A stretch of 64,000 nucleotides of DNA from the human T2T-CHM13v2.0 reference genome, Homo sapiens, in the NCBI RefSeq assembly GCF_009914755.1, contig NC_060926.1; one strand, written 5' to 3'. Every line of letters starts with the position of its first letter. Position 1 is the stretch's first letter. The notes under the pieces were generated by a model. The model was not told the DNA's origin, did no database searches, and saw only the letters and a program-made list of their open reading frames with translations. The translations under genes were made by a program, and so were the position numbers. Positions 1 to 14,561 of this stretch are shown one piece after another.

Positions 1-59
1 TATAATATATATTAATATATATGCATATATATAATGGCAAAAATTATCACAAGTGAAAT

Positions 60-498
60 CAATAGACAAAATATAGATTTGAAACACAACATTTCTAAGA
101 CAAATAGGAGAAAAGGAGAGTTCTTAGAAACCAAGAAATAAATAAAAATAAACTAACCTAAAATGAACAAGGATATGAATAGACAATTCTGATGAAATCA
201 CATGAGTTCAGGGCAGTATGGCAGTAGGCTGAAGAGACAATTCAAAGACCAAATTTAATTGGCGCCAAATCATATGCTGCTAAATTTCAAAAGTAGCCAC
301 CGAATGCAAATTACAATAAAAATGTTTACTGTGTCTACCAAAAAAAACCTGAAAAAATGAAAATAGCAAAAATATTTTTGGCAGATATGTGGAAAAGAAC
401 ATTTCACTACATTGCTGTTGAAGTGAATTTTTAATCCCTTTTGTCAAAAACAACATGGCTTTCAAAATTTTATAGTATAAAAATAAAAACACTATTGT
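60..498 (+). mobile_element. Highly decayed old L1 (L1ME-like) fragment
   Basis: L1 3'-region-like phrases (aaatgaacaaggatatgaatagacaattc; gatatgtggaaaagaacatttcactacattgctg). Confidence 0.4.
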
Positions 499-2694
499 GG
501 ACTTCTGGTTTTCAGTCCAGCAAGTAAAGAGCTTAGAAGTCTTCACTCCATCTCAATAAAGACTACAAATCTGAACAAACTGAAAACTCAATCACTCTTC
601 TTACATCCCTCAGGGAAGTGAAGTCACAATGCATACTACTAACCCCAAATTAGAGAGACACAGGTGGATACAGAGTATCACAACTTACCACAGCAGAAAC
701 CCACAATCAGAAACTTCCATGGGAGTTAGTGCCAGAATAGGAAAACCAGTGCGGTAATCAACATATTGCTAGAAGTTCAGTGTGGACAAGCCTGAGACAT
801 TAAAAACAACAGGAAGACTCAGTCATCGGTGAGCCCTAGCACTTGTGAGTTTTATCACCTGGGACTCTACCAGGTCCTCACAGTGAATGTCGGAAAAAAA
901 GTCCTCTTGGGCTTCTTTCTGGCAGAGAAGAAGAAAAGAAACCATTTTGAAATAAGCCAGAGCATACTGTTCTCCTTAACAAGTTCTTCCATCAGGAGAA
1001 ACTATTTTACCAGAGCCTAAGCTACTGGGGTTTTGCCAGAGCATAATCTAGCTGGGGAAAGGGAAGTATTCAACTTCAGCCCTCTCTAGTCTTCCAAGTG
1101 GGGAAAAAGAAATACACAACTTCAGCTCCCTCCAGCCATCCTGTTGCACATAAAGAGAGAAAATGAACAAACAAACAAACAAAGGGAAACCTAAGAAGCA
1201 CTGGTGAAGTTTACAGTCCAGGGCTTCAGGCTCACCAAAAGACTAAGACCTTCATAGACTTACAGAACACTTCCGCAACCACATGCACCTTACCGCCACA
1301 TTCCTGAAGGCTTATTTACAGCAGTTCCTTTACCTAGAACATCAGATCTGGCTATCAAGGAAAAATTACAGAAATACTAAAAGGGAAAACAGTCTGAAGA
1401 GACTGAACTAGCATCAAAACCAGAGTCAGATAAAGTAGGAGTTTTAGAATGATCAGACCAGGAGTTAAAAAACAAAACAAAACAATGCTTAGTATGCTAA
1501 GGAGTTCAATGGAAAAAGTAGATAACATACAAGAAAATATGAATAATATAAACAGATATATGACATCTCTAAAAACAAATAAAAAAGAAATGCTAGAGAT
1601 GAAAAACCCTAACAGAAAAAGAATGCCTTTTATCGGCTGTAATGTAGACTGAACATGGCTCAAGAAAGTATCTCTGAGCTTGAGGATCTATCTGTAGAGA
1701 CTCTCAAAACTAAAAAACAAAGAGAAATAAATTTAAAAAGAAAACAGAACAGAACACAATATCCAACTACTGTGGGGCGAATATAAGGGCTTTAATTATA
1801 GAATACCAGAAGGAAAAGGAAGAAATAAAGAAAGAAAAGTAATATTTGAAGTATTAATGACTGACAATTTTTCCAAATTTAGGTCAGACATCAAACTACA
1901 GATACAGGAAGCTCAAAGAACACCAAGAAGGATGAAAGTGCCAAGAAAAAACTAAAGCATATCATATTCAAACTTCAGAAGATTAAATATAAAGAAAACA
2001 ACTTAAGCCAGATGGGAAAAACACCTTACCTGTAGAAGGGCGAAGATAATAAACTTCTCCCCAGAAACCATGCAAGCAAAGAGAGAGTGAAGTGAGAAGA
2101 TTTACAGGGTTGAGAGAAAAAAAATCAACCTAGTACCCTGTACAATTATTCCTCATAAATGAAGGGAAAATAAAGACTTTTTCAGACAAATTGAGGGTAT
2201 TCATTGCCAGTAGACCTGTCTTGCAAGACATGTTAAAAGAAGTTTTCCAGAGAGAAGGAAAGTAATACAGGAAGAAACTTAAATCTAAATAAAGAAGGGA
2301 GAAGCATCAGAGAATGACTAAATAAAGTTAAAATAAAAACTTATTCTATTACTCTAAATTGATCTAACAGGTTACAATTTATTCAAAATAGTAGTGACAA
2401 TGGATTCAACTATGTGTATATACACACATACACACACATACACAGGCTTATATGTGCTTATGAGAAATGGGCAGCAATAATACATAAAATGGGAGGTGGA
2501 AATTAGTATTATTTTGTTATTAACGGTAGTTCCACTACCCACAAAGCAGTTTAGTGTTATTTGAAAATGATCTTGGAGTAGCTGTAAATGTGTATTGCAA
2601 GCTCAGAGCAACCACTAAGAAAAGTAAAAACAGAAGGAAGTATAACTGACAAGCTAATAAAGGAGACAAAATAGAATAATATAAAACACTCAAT

Positions 2695-2960
<266 letters not shown>

Positions 2961-5847
2961 TTAAAATATATCAAAAATCATCTTAAATGTCAATGGTCTA
3001 AACTTATCAATTAAAAGACCCCCAAAAAAATGTGGGAGTGGAACAAGAAACAAGACCCAACTGTATGTTGTCTATCAAAAACTCATCTTAAGTATAAAGA
3101 CACATATAGATTAAAAGTAAATGGATGGCGAATAATATAATGCATAAACATAAGTCAAAAGAAAGTTGGAGTAGCTATGTTAATTTCAGAAAGAGCAGAC
3201 TCCAGAGCAAAGAAAGTTACTCAGCATAAAGAGGGGGACTACATAATGATAAATGGGTCAATACTTTAATGAAATATGGTAATCCTTAATATCTATGTGC
3301 CTCACACCAGAGAGTCAAAATACCTGAAGCAAAACTGATTAACTGCAAATAGGAATAGATGACTCCACTGTCATAATTGGAGACTTTTAACACTCCTCTA
3401 TCAGCAACGAACAAATCTAGCCAGCAAAGAATCAGTTAAGGACATAGTTGAACTCAACAACTGGATAAATTGACATTTACAGAGTACTTCATTTAAGGAC
3501 AGCTGAATACACACTCTACTCAAGCTCATAGGGAGCATTCACCAAGATAGATGCCATTCAGGGCCATAAAACATACGTTAAGTTTTAAAAACTGGAAATT
3601 ATACAATGTCTGCTCTGAGACAATAGAATTAAGCTACAAATCACTAACAAAAAGATAGCTGGAAATCTCCAAATAATGGGAGACTAAACAACACACTTCC
3701 AGATAACACATGGATCAAAGAAGAAATCTTAGTAGTAATTTACATATACATTGAACTAAATAAAAATGAAAATACAACTTCTCAAAATTTGTGGAACGCA
3801 AGGAAATGAGTGCTTGGAAATTTATAACATTGAATGCCTATATAGAAAAGAAGAAAGATCTAAAATTAATCATCTAAACTTCCACCTTAAGAAACTAAAA
3901 AGAGAGGAGAAAATTAAATACACAGGAAGTAGAAGAAAAGAAATAATAAGGCGAAAGAAATTAGCCTCTAGCCAGGCTAATTAGGAAAAAAAGAGAACAC
4001 AAATCACTAAAATCAGAGATTAAAGAGAGGATATCAGTACAAATTTTATGGCTATCAAAAGGATAATAAAAGAATACTATGAACGACTTGATCCCTACAA
4101 AGTTGATAACCTGGATGAAATGGACCAATTCCTTAAGACAAAATCTGCCAAAACTCACACAAGAAGAAATAGACTATGTAAATAGGCCTGTATCTATTAA
4201 ATAATCAATAATTAATAACCTTCCAAACCTAAAACTACCAGGCCCAGATGGGCTCAAATTTTGATTAGATGTATTTTTATTTTGAATTCTAGCAAATCGT
4301 TTAAGGGGGAATTTACATCAAGACTTTATAATCTCTTTCAGAACATGGATGCAGAGGGAATACTTCTTAACTCATTCTTCAAAGCCAGGATTATTGTAAC
4401 ACCAAACCAGACAAAAATATTACAAGAAAAATAAAACTACCACAGACCAATACCTCTCATGAACATGACACAAAAATGTTCAATGTAATGTTAGCAACAA
4501 TGTATTAAAAATGTATACCCTAAGACCAACTGGATTTTATGTGCAGGGTTGGTCTCATTAGAAAACACATTAATATAATGTATGATATCAACAAGCTGAA
4601 GAAGAAAACTTACATGATCACATTAACAGATGCAAGAGGGCATGTGACAAAATCCAACACTGATTCAGGATTAAAAACGCTCAGTAAAAGTAGGAATAGA
4701 GAACTTCTTCAACTTAATAACATAACATCCACAGAAAAAAACTCATTGCTAACATTAAACTTAAGGGTGAGAAACTGGAAGTTTTGCCACTAAGATCAGG
4801 AATAAGGCAAGGATTTTGCCTCTCATCATTACTTCTCAACATCATACTGGAAATCCTAGCTAATGATATAAGATAAGAAAAAGAAATAAATTTATTCAGA
4901 TTGAGAAGGAAGAAATCAAACTTTGTTAACAGATGACATAATTGTCTATGTAGAGAATTTTAAAAAAACCTCATAACTAATAATAGAATTGGAAGAAAGT
5001 TGCAGAACAGAAGGTTAACACACTAGTCAAATTGCTTTCCTATATACCTATAGTAAAGAAGTGGAATTTGAAATGAACAACAAAATACTATTTATATTGC
5101 GCACAAAAATGAAATTCTTAGATATAAACCTAATGAAATATATCAAAAATATATATAAGAAAAACATGAAAACTCTGATAAATGAGATTAAAGAACTCAA
5201 TAAATAGAAAGATATTCCATATTTATGGATAGAATGACTTAATATTATAGACAGTGTTTGTTCTTCAAAGCTTAATTAAGAGATCCAGTGCAATCCCAAT
5301 CAAAGTCTCAGCAAGTTATTTTGTGGATGCAAACAAACTGATTCTAAACTTTATATGGATAGGCGAAAGACCCAGAATAGCCAACTTAGTGTTGAATGAG
5401 AAAAGCAAAGTCAGACTGACACTATGAGATTTCAAGATTTACTATAAAGCTACAGTAATCAAGGCAGTGTTCTATTGATAAAATAAACTGACAAATAGAC
5501 CAATAGAACAGAAAGGAAAGCCCTGAAATAGAGCCATGTAACAGTAGTCAACCAATTTTGACAAAGGAGCAAAAATAATACAGTGGAGTAAAGGTAGTTT
5601 TTTTTTTTTCAACAAATGGTACCTGAACAACAAGATATCCACATGCAAAACAACTGAATCTAAACAGGGACCATACACTCTTCACAAAAATCAAACAAAC
5701 AAACAAATAAATAAATAGCATGAGCTATGAAAGAAAGAATTGACAGGCTGGGATTCATCAAAATTCAAAAGTTTTCCTCTGTGAAGACACTGTCAAAAGA
5801 ATGAAAAAAACAAGCTACGGACTGGAAAAACATATTTGCAAAAAATC

Positions 5848-6029
5848 ATATTATATATATACATATATAATACATATATATAAATATATGTATATATAAT
5901 ATGATTATATAAGAATATGTGCATATACATATATATACGTATATATATGATTTTTTGCAAATATGTTTTCCCAGACTGTACATATATATGTGTATATATA
6001 TACATACACATACATATATATATATATAT
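5848..6029. repeat. (TA)n-rich microsatellite containing an inverted copy of flanking L1 sequence
   Basis: Runs of tata/taca interrupted at about 5945-5974. Confidence 0.85.
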
Positions 6030-6051
6030 GGGCAAAGGACCTGAATAGATA

Positions 6052-7314
6052 TTAGGATGGTGCAAAAATTGTAGTTTGGACCTTGAATTTTAAATTATTA
6101 TAACTAGGCTCAAACATATCTTTATTAATCAAAATAGGAACCAGTACAATCAACACATTTTTGCCAATGAAAAATGTTTGTTTATCCCTGCAGCATAAAA
6201 ATCTGTGCTTCAGGATTCAGCGAATTCTCAAAAAATATTTTCTGCATCCTACTGGCTTTGGAAGTTTTTTCCCTGCAAAAAGTTGTCATGATGCTTGAAG
6301 AAGTGGTAGTTGGTTGGCAAGAGGTCAAGTGAATATGATGGATGAGGCAAAACTTAATAGCCCAATTTGTTCAACTTTTGAAACATTGGTTGTGTGACAT
6401 GCAGGTTGGGCATAATTGTGCAGAAGCATTGGGCTCTTTCTGTTGACCAATGCCAGCTGCATGCATTGCAGTTTTTGGTGCATCTCATCGATTTGCTGAG
6501 CATACTTCTCAGACACAGTGGTTTCGCTGGGATTCCAAAACCTGTAGTGGATCAGACCCGCAGCAGACCACCAGACAGTGTCTATAATCTTTTTTGGTGC
6601 AAGTTTGGCTTTGGGAAGTGCTTTGGAGCTTCTTCTCGGTCCAACAACTGAACTGGTCATTGCTGGTTGTTGTGTAAAATCCATTTTTCATCGCAGGTCA
6701 AAATCCCATTGTTGTGTAGACTAAGAGAAGATGGCACTTCAAAACGATGATTTTTTTTTTTTAAATTATCACTCAGCTCATGAAGCACCAACTTATTGAG
6801 CTCTTTCACCTTTCCAATTTGCTTTAAATGCCAAATGACCATAGACTGGTTGACTTTGAGTTCTTCAGCAACTTCTCATTTCGTTGTAAGAGGATCAGCT
6901 TTGGTGATTGCTCTCAACTGGTCATTGTCAATTTCTGATGGCTGGCCACTACACTCCTCAGCTTCAAGGCTCTCGTCCCCTTTGCAAAACTTCTTGAACC
7001 ACAACTTCTCTGTACGTTCACTAGCAGTTCCTGGGCCAATGCACTGTTGACACTGGTAGTTGTCTCTGCTGCATTACGACCCATGTTGAAGTCAAATAAG
7101 AAAATCGCTCAAATTTGCTTTTTGTCTAACATCATTTCAGTAGTCTAAAATAAATATAATATAAACAGCAAGTAATAAGTCATTAGCAAAAAAAGCAAGA
7201 AATGTGCATAAAAATGATGTGTAACATAACCACATTTATTTAAGAATGTGTTCCAATATCGAACGGCAAATATCAACAATGCAGAAAATGCAATTACATT
7301 TGCACCAACCATAA
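6052..7314 (-). mobile_element. Full-length degenerate Hsmar1 mariner DNA transposon
   Basis: TIRs ttaggatggtgcaaaa... and ...tttgcaccaacc, with TA at the left flank. Transposase fragments TVWWSAAGLIHY, SEKYAQQIDEMHQKLQ, LLHNYAQP, ILTCDEKWILH (Hsmar1/SETMAR-type); frameshifted. Confidence 0.92.
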
Positions 7315-7421
7315 TTACTTCTTCACTAAAGAGGATATGTAGATGTCAAGTAAGCATATGAGCAAATGTTCAGCACTTTATGTCATTATGCAATTGCAAA
7401 CTAAGACAAAATGAGATACTA

Positions 7422-7473
7422 TCAGGTTGGTGTGAAAGTAATGGCAAAAACTGCAATACTTTTGCTTCAATTT
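7422..7473. mobile_element. Internally deleted MADE1 (Hsmar1 MITE)
   Basis: ta|tcaggttggtgtgaaagtaatggcaaaaactgcaatacttttgcttcaattta. Confidence 0.75.
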
Positions 7474-7744
7474 ACATTACACATCTACCAAAATGACAAA
7501 AATCTAAAACATTGACACTGCCAAATGTTAGTGAGAATGTGGAGTAACAGAAACTTTTGTTTATTGTTGGCATATGGCAAAATGGTACAACCATTTTGGA
7601 AGATATTTTGGCAGTTTCTTACAAAACTGAATACACTCTTACCATATGATCCAGCAATCATGGTACCTGTAATTTATCCAAAAGAACTGAAAACTTAATG
7701 TCCACACAAAAACCTGCACAAGGATGTTAATAGCAGGTTTTAAA

Positions 7745-10700
7745 AAACTTTTATTTTATGCTCAGGTGTACATGTGCCAGTGTGTTACATAGGTAAACTC
7801 ATGTCATGAGGGTTTGTTGCACACATTACTTCATCATCACCCAGGTCTAAACCTAGTATACAATAGTTACTTTTTGTGATCCTCATTCCCTCACTGCAGT
7901 CTCAAGCAGTACCCAGGGTCCTTTGTTCTCCTCTAAGTATCCACGTGTTCTCATCATTTAGTTTCCACTTATGAGTGAAAACATGCAGTATTTGGTTTTC
8001 TGTTCCTGTGTTATGATACTAAGGATGATGGCCTCCAGCTCCATCCACATTGCTGCAAAAGACTTGATATCATTCATTTTTAATGTTGCATAGTAACCAT
8101 GTTATATATATACCACATTTTCTTTATCCAATCTACCATTGATGGGCATTTAGGTTGATTCCATATCTTTGCTATTGTAAACAGTGTTGCAATAAATATA
8201 TGCATGCATGTGTCTTAATGTTAGAACAATTTATATTCCTTTGGGTATATACCCAGTAATAGGATTGCAGGGACAAATTGCAGTTCTGTTTTTAGATATT
8301 TGAGGAATTGTTACACTGCTTTCCAAAATGGTTAAACTAATTTATACTCCAACCAACAGTGTATAGGCATTCTCTTATCTCCACAACCTTGCCAACATGT
8401 GTTATTTTTTTACTTTGTATTAATACCCATTCTGTCTGGGGTAAGATGGTATCTCAATGTGGTTGTGATTTGCATTTAGCTAAAGATCAGTGATACTAAG
8501 CTTTTTAAAAATATGCTTTTTGGCCACATGTATATCTTCTTTTGAAAAGTGTTCATGTACTTTACCCACTTTTTAATGGGGTTGTTTGATTTTTGCTTGT
8601 TAATTTGTTTAAATTCCTTATAGATGCTGGATATTAGACCTCTTTGTCAGTTTAATAGTTTCCAAAAATTTCCTCCCATTCTCTAGGTTTTGTGTTCACT
8701 CCATTGATAGTTTCTTTTGCTGTAAATAAACTCTTAAGTTTAAGTAGATGTCATTTGTCAATTTTGGCTTTGGTTGCAATCACTTTTGGCATCTTTGTTA
8801 TGAAATCTTTGCCAGTTCCTATGTCCAGAATGGTCTTGCCTAGGTTGTCTTCAGGATTTTTAAAATTTGGGGTTTTATATTAGTCTTTAATTAATCTTGA
8901 GTTGATTTTTGTGTATTGTGTAAGGAAGGGGTCCAGTATCAATCTTCTGCATATAGCTAGGCAGTTAACCCAGCACCATTTATTGAATAGGGAGTCCTTT
9001 CCCCATTGCTTGTTTTTGTCAACTTTGTTGAAGATCAGTTGGTGGTAGGTGTGTGGTCTTATTTCTGGGCTCTCTATTCTATTCACTTGGTCTACGTGTC
9101 TGCTTTTGTCCAGTATCATGTTTTGGTTACTGTAGCCATAAACATAGTATGAAGTTGGGTTGCATGATGCCTCCAGCTTTGTTCTTTTTCCTTAGGTTGC
9201 CTTGGCTATTTGGGCTCTTTTTTGATTCCATATGAATTCTAAAATAGCTTTTTTCTAGTTCTGTGAAGAATCTCATTGGTAGTTTGATAAAAATAGTGTT
9301 GAATCTATAAATTGCTTTGAGCAGCAGGGCTATTTAGATAATATTGATTCTTTCTATCCATTAGTATGGAAAGTTTTTCCATTTGTGTTATCTCTGATTT
9401 CTTTGAGCAGTGTTTTGTAATTCTCACTGCAGAGATCTTTCACCTCCCTGGTTAGCTATATTTCTAGGTACTTTACTCTTTTTGTGGCAATTGTGAATGG
9501 GATTGCATTCCTGATTTGGCTTTTGGCTTGTCTCTTGTTGGTGTATAGAAATGCTAGTAATTTTTGTTCATTGAGTTCGTGTCCTGAGACTTTGCTGAAG
9601 TTGTTTATCAGCTGAAGGAGCTTTTGGATCAAGACTATGGGATTTCTAGATATAGAATTATGTCCTCTTCAAACGTGGATAGTTTGACTTCCTATTTGAA
9701 TGGTGTTAATTTATTTTCCTTGCCTGATTGCTCTGGCCAGGACTTTCAATAGAATGTTTACTAAGGGTGGTGAGGGAGAGCATGTGTCTTGTGCTAGTTT
9801 TCAATGGGAATTCTTCCAGCTTTTGCCCATTAAGTATGATATTGGCTTTGGATTTTTCATAGATGGCTCTTATTCTTTTGATTTATGTTCCTTTAGTACC
9901 TAGTTTATTGAGACTTTTTAACATAAGGGGGTATTGAATTTTATCAAAAGCCTTTTCTGCAGCTATTAAGATAATCGTGTGGTTTTTATCTTTAGTTGTG
10001 TTTATGTGATGCATCACATTTATTGATATGTGTATATGTTGAACCAACCTTGCATTCCAGGGATAAAGCCTACTTGATTGTTGTGGATTGGCTTTTTGAT
10101 ATGCTGCTCAATTTTGTTTGCAAGTATTTTGTTGAGGAGTTTTGCATCAATGTTCATCAGAAATGTCGACCTGAAGTTTTCATTTTTGTTATTTCTCTGA
10201 CAGGTTTTGATATCAAGATGATTCTGGCCTCATAGAGTAAGTGAGTTGGGGAGGTGACCCTCCTCCTCAATTTTTTGGAATTGTTTCAGTGGGAATGGTA
10301 CCAGGTTTTCTTTGTACATCTGGTAGAATTTAGCTGTGAATCCATCTGGTCCCAGGCCTTTTTTGGTTGGTAGGTTATTTATTACTAATTCAACTTGGAA
10401 GCTCATTATTGGTCGTTCAGAATTTTTTTTTTCTGGTTCAGTCTTAGGAAGGTGTATGTGTCCATGAATTCATCCATTTCACCTAAGTTTTGTAGTTTGT
10501 ATGCATAGAGGTATTTGTTGTAGTATCTGATGGTTGTCTGTATTTCTGTGGGGTCAGTGGTAACTTCTCCTTTGTTATTTCTGATTGTGTTTATTTGGAT
10601 CTTCTCTCTTTTCTTCTTTATATGTCTAGATAGTGACCTGTTCACCTTATTATTTTTTCAAAAAACCAACTCATGGATTCATTGATCTTTTGAGTTGTTT

Positions 10701-13700
10701 TTTCATGTCTTGATTTCCTTCCTTTCAGTTCTTATTTTTGTTATTTCTTATTTTCTGCTAGCTTTGAGGTTGGTTTGTTCTTGCTTCTCTAGTTAATTTG
10801 GTTGTGGTGTTAGGTTGTTAACTTTATAAAATTCTCTCTTAACACTGCATTATCTGTGTACTAGAGATTCTAGTATGTTGTAACTTTTTTCTCATTAGTT
10901 TCAAAGAATTTCTTGATTTCCTCCTTAATTTCATTATTTACCCAAAAGTTATTCAGGAGCAGGTTATTTAATTTCCATGTAATTGCATGGTTTTAAGCAA
11001 TTTTTTTTAGTCTTTATTTCCATTTTATTGCACTGTTATCCAATAGTCTGTTTGATTGATGTTGGTTCTTTTGCATTTGCTAAGGATTGTTTTATAACTG
11101 ATTGTGTGGCTGATTTTAGAATATGTGTCATGTAGTGACAAGAAGAATGCATATTCTGTTGTTTTGGGGTGGAAAGTTGTGTACAGGTCTATTAAATTCA
11201 TTTGTTCCAATGTGAGTTTAAGTCCTGAATATCTTTGTTAATTTTCTGCCTCAATGATCTATCTCATACTGTCAGTGAAATGCTGAAGTTTCCCACTATT
11301 ACTTTGTGAGAATCTATGTCTCTTTGAAGGTCTCTGAGAACTTGCTTTATGATTATGGGTTCTCCAGTGTTGGGTGCATATATACTTGGAACAGTTGAAT
11401 CTTCTTCTTGAATCTAATTCTTTACAAATGCTCTTCTTTGCCTTTTTTGATGTTTGCTGGTTTAAAGTCTGTGTGTCTGAAATTAGGATTGCAACTCCTG
11501 CTTTTTTCTGTTTTTAATTTGCTTGGTAGGTTTTCATCTACCCCTTTATTTTGAGCCTCTGGATGTCATTGCCTGTGAGATGGGTCTCTTCAAGATAGCA
11601 TATCAATGGGTCTTGAGTCTTTATGTTGCTTGCCACTCTGTGCCATTTTAATGGGGCATTTACCCTGTTTACATTCAAGGTTAGTATTGATACGTGTGGA
11701 TTTGATTCTGTAATTGGGTTATTAGCTGTTTATGATATAGGCTTGTTTGTGTGGTTGCTTTATAGTGTTACTGATCTGTGTACTTGAGTGTTTTTTTTTT
11801 TTTTGTATTAATGGTACTTGTCTTTCCTTTCCATATTTGGTGCTCCTTTCAAGATCTTTTGTAAGGCACATCTGGTGGTAATGAACTCTCTCAGCATTTG
11901 CTGAGAAAGATCTTATTTCTCTTTTGCTGAGAAAGCTTAGTTTGCTGGGATATATAATTTTTGGTTGAAGATTTTTTCTTTAAGAATGTTCAATATAGGC
12001 CCCATCTCTTCTGGCTTGTAGGGTTTCTGCTGAGAGGTCTACTGTTAGTCTGATGGTGTTCCCTTTATAGGTGACTTGGCCTTTCTCTCTAACTGCCTTT
12101 AATATCCTTCCTTTCATGTTGACCTTGGAAACTTGATTATGTGTCTTGCTAATGATCTTTTTGTATAGAATCTTGCAGTGGTCCCCTATATTTTCTGAAT
12201 TTGACTGTTGGCCGTTCTAGAGAGTTTGGAGACATTCTCATGGTTGATATCTTGAAATATGTTTTCCAAGTTATTTGCTTCCTTCCCATCCCTTCAGGGA
12301 TGCCAGTGATTCATAGGTTTGACCTCTTTGCACAATCTGATATTTTTCAGAGTTTATGTTCATTCCTTTTCACTGTTCTTTTCTTTTTTTAAATTTTTGT
12401 CTTCCTGTCTTATTTCAGACAGCCAGTCTTTAAGGTCTAAGATTCTTTCCTCAGCTTGGTCTGTTTTGCTGTTAATACTTATTATTGCCTTGTGAAATTT
12501 TTGTAGTGTTTTTCAGCTTCATCATGTATGTCAGGTTTTTTTTTTTTCATACTGGCTATTTCATCTATCAGTTCCTGTATCACTTTATTGTGATTCTTAG
12601 TTTCCTTTGATTGAGCTTTTATGTTCTGAATCTCAATGGTCTTCAGGTCGGGTGGGGGCAGGTTGGTTTGCTGAAGTCCCATGTCAAGAGGACCTTCCCA
12701 GTGAGAAGTGAGACTGAGATCTGCATAAGGAATAGTCTGAACACTTTTCCATGAGGCGAGCGCTCTATAGCATGGGTCTGGACCAGTCCCTCATTCCCAC
12801 AGACTTTCCTGAGCCTGGAGACAGCAAGAGCAAGGCTGCAAGACAGCAAAGATGGCAACCTGCTCCTCACAATGGGAGCTGTGTCCCAGGGAATTGCAGA
12901 GCTGCTACTGGCTCAATAGTTCCAGTGGGGAGTTGCTGAAGACTCAGGCTGTGAGGACTCACCCAGCGAGGAGATATGGGATCGGGAACCCATGTAACAG
13001 TCTGGCCACTTTTTCACAGGGCTGTTGCAGTATGCTGGGGTTCACTTCAATCCCTAGTCACCTCGGATTTTCTAGTACCTGAAGGTATCAACAGTGAAGG
13101 CTGTGAAACGGCAAAGATGCCAGCCTGCTTCTCCTAGAAGCTTTGTCCTGGGGAGATATGGACTTGTTGCTGGCCCAAACATACTCCTAGAGGTGGCTGG
13201 GGACTCTTGTTGGGAGGTCCTGCTCAGTGTGGAGAAATGTGATCAGGGATCTGTGTGCAAAAGCAATCTGGCTGCTTTTTCATAGAGTAGCTGTGCTGTT
13301 TTGGGGGTCTGCTCCAGCCTCAATTGCCCCAGACACTCCAAAGGAAACAATGGCTAGGGACGAAAAACAGCAAAGATGGTGACCACCTGTTCCTCCCTTT
13401 GGGAGTTCTGTCCCAGGAAGATTTGGAACTGCTGCAAGCTGGAAAACACTGGTGGAGGTGTTTGCAGAATTAGGTCAGGAGATTTTGCCCAGTGAAGAGA
13501 AATGGTATCTTGGCCCCGTGTGAAAAAGCAGTTTGGCTGCCTCTTTTGACAGCACCTGCAGTCCGCCAGGAGACCACTCCAGTCCCTAGTCTCCTCAGAC
13601 TCCCCAGAGCCTGAAGGCAACAATGACTAAGGTTGCAAAATACCAAAGATCCTCTGGGGGCTCCATCTAAGGTAGGTATAATGCTGCTATGCATAGTTGG

Positions 13701-14290
13701 CTGGATTTCCAAGCCAGTGGGTCTCATCCTGTAAGACACCATGGAAATGGAGCCTACAGACCATTGCTGCTCAACTCCCTGGATTCAGTCCCTTTCCTTG
13801 GTGTACATATGGAGGTCTATCTAACCTCTGGCTTTGCTGGGGTTACAGATGCTTTTGCTGGGAAGCCTAGGTATCTAAAGCTCTTGGGGCTCTGTGTCTG
13901 CCTGAGCAGCTGCTCTGCTGAGAATTCACATAGTTCCGTATGTCAAACTGAAGGCCCTGGTGGAAGGGGTTTACAAGAGGATCTCCTGATTCAAGTGTTG
14001 CTAAGATTCATGGGAGAAGAGTGGGACTCCAGTGTTGGTCAATCACTTAGTCACTACTTCCTTCATAAGGGCAGGAGAGGCAGGGTAGGCTCCCCTGGCT
14101 CTATGTCACTCCCAGGTGAGCAGTCATCCTGCCTTGCTTTTCTCCATTCTCTGTGGGTTGAGTAGTTTTCTTGATGAACCCCAGTTCATGTACCTGGATG
14201 AATTTACTATATTTACTTGCCCCTTCTATTTCTCTCTGTGAGAGTGCCACACACTAGCTGTTTCTAGTGGGCCATCTTGGCCAGCCCTTT
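7745..14290 (-). mobile_element. Near full-length primate L1 (L1PA13/14-like)
   Basis: 3' end gtacatgtgccagtgtgttacataggtaaactc. Minus-strand ORF2 fragments ([15 protein letters not shown]; [21 protein letters not shown]). 5' end gccatcttggcc at about 14271-14282. Confidence 0.9.
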
Positions 14291-14561
14291 AGTTTTATTC
14301 ATAATTCCCAAATGTGCAAATAATCAAGATATCTTCAGTAAATGAATGGATAAATAAACTGCAGTACATTCAGACAGTGAAACATTATTTAACACTGAAA
14401 AAATGAGCTATCAAGCCATGAGAAGAAATAGAGGAAACTTACATGCATATTACTAAGTGAAAGAAGCCAATCTGAAAAGACTATGTACTATATGGTTCTT
14501 ACTATATGACCTTCTGGAAAGGGCAAAAGGTAGAGATGGTAGAAATATCAGTAGTTGCCAG

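Noticed and set aside
6325-6842. Mariner transposase ORFs as an active gene or SETMAR
   Set aside because: Frameshifted fragments, altered catalytic residue (HNYAQP in place of HDNARP), no SET exons.
13689-14165. 158-aa plus-strand ORF
   Set aside because: Lies antisense within the L1PA 5' UTR, with no protein-like signature.
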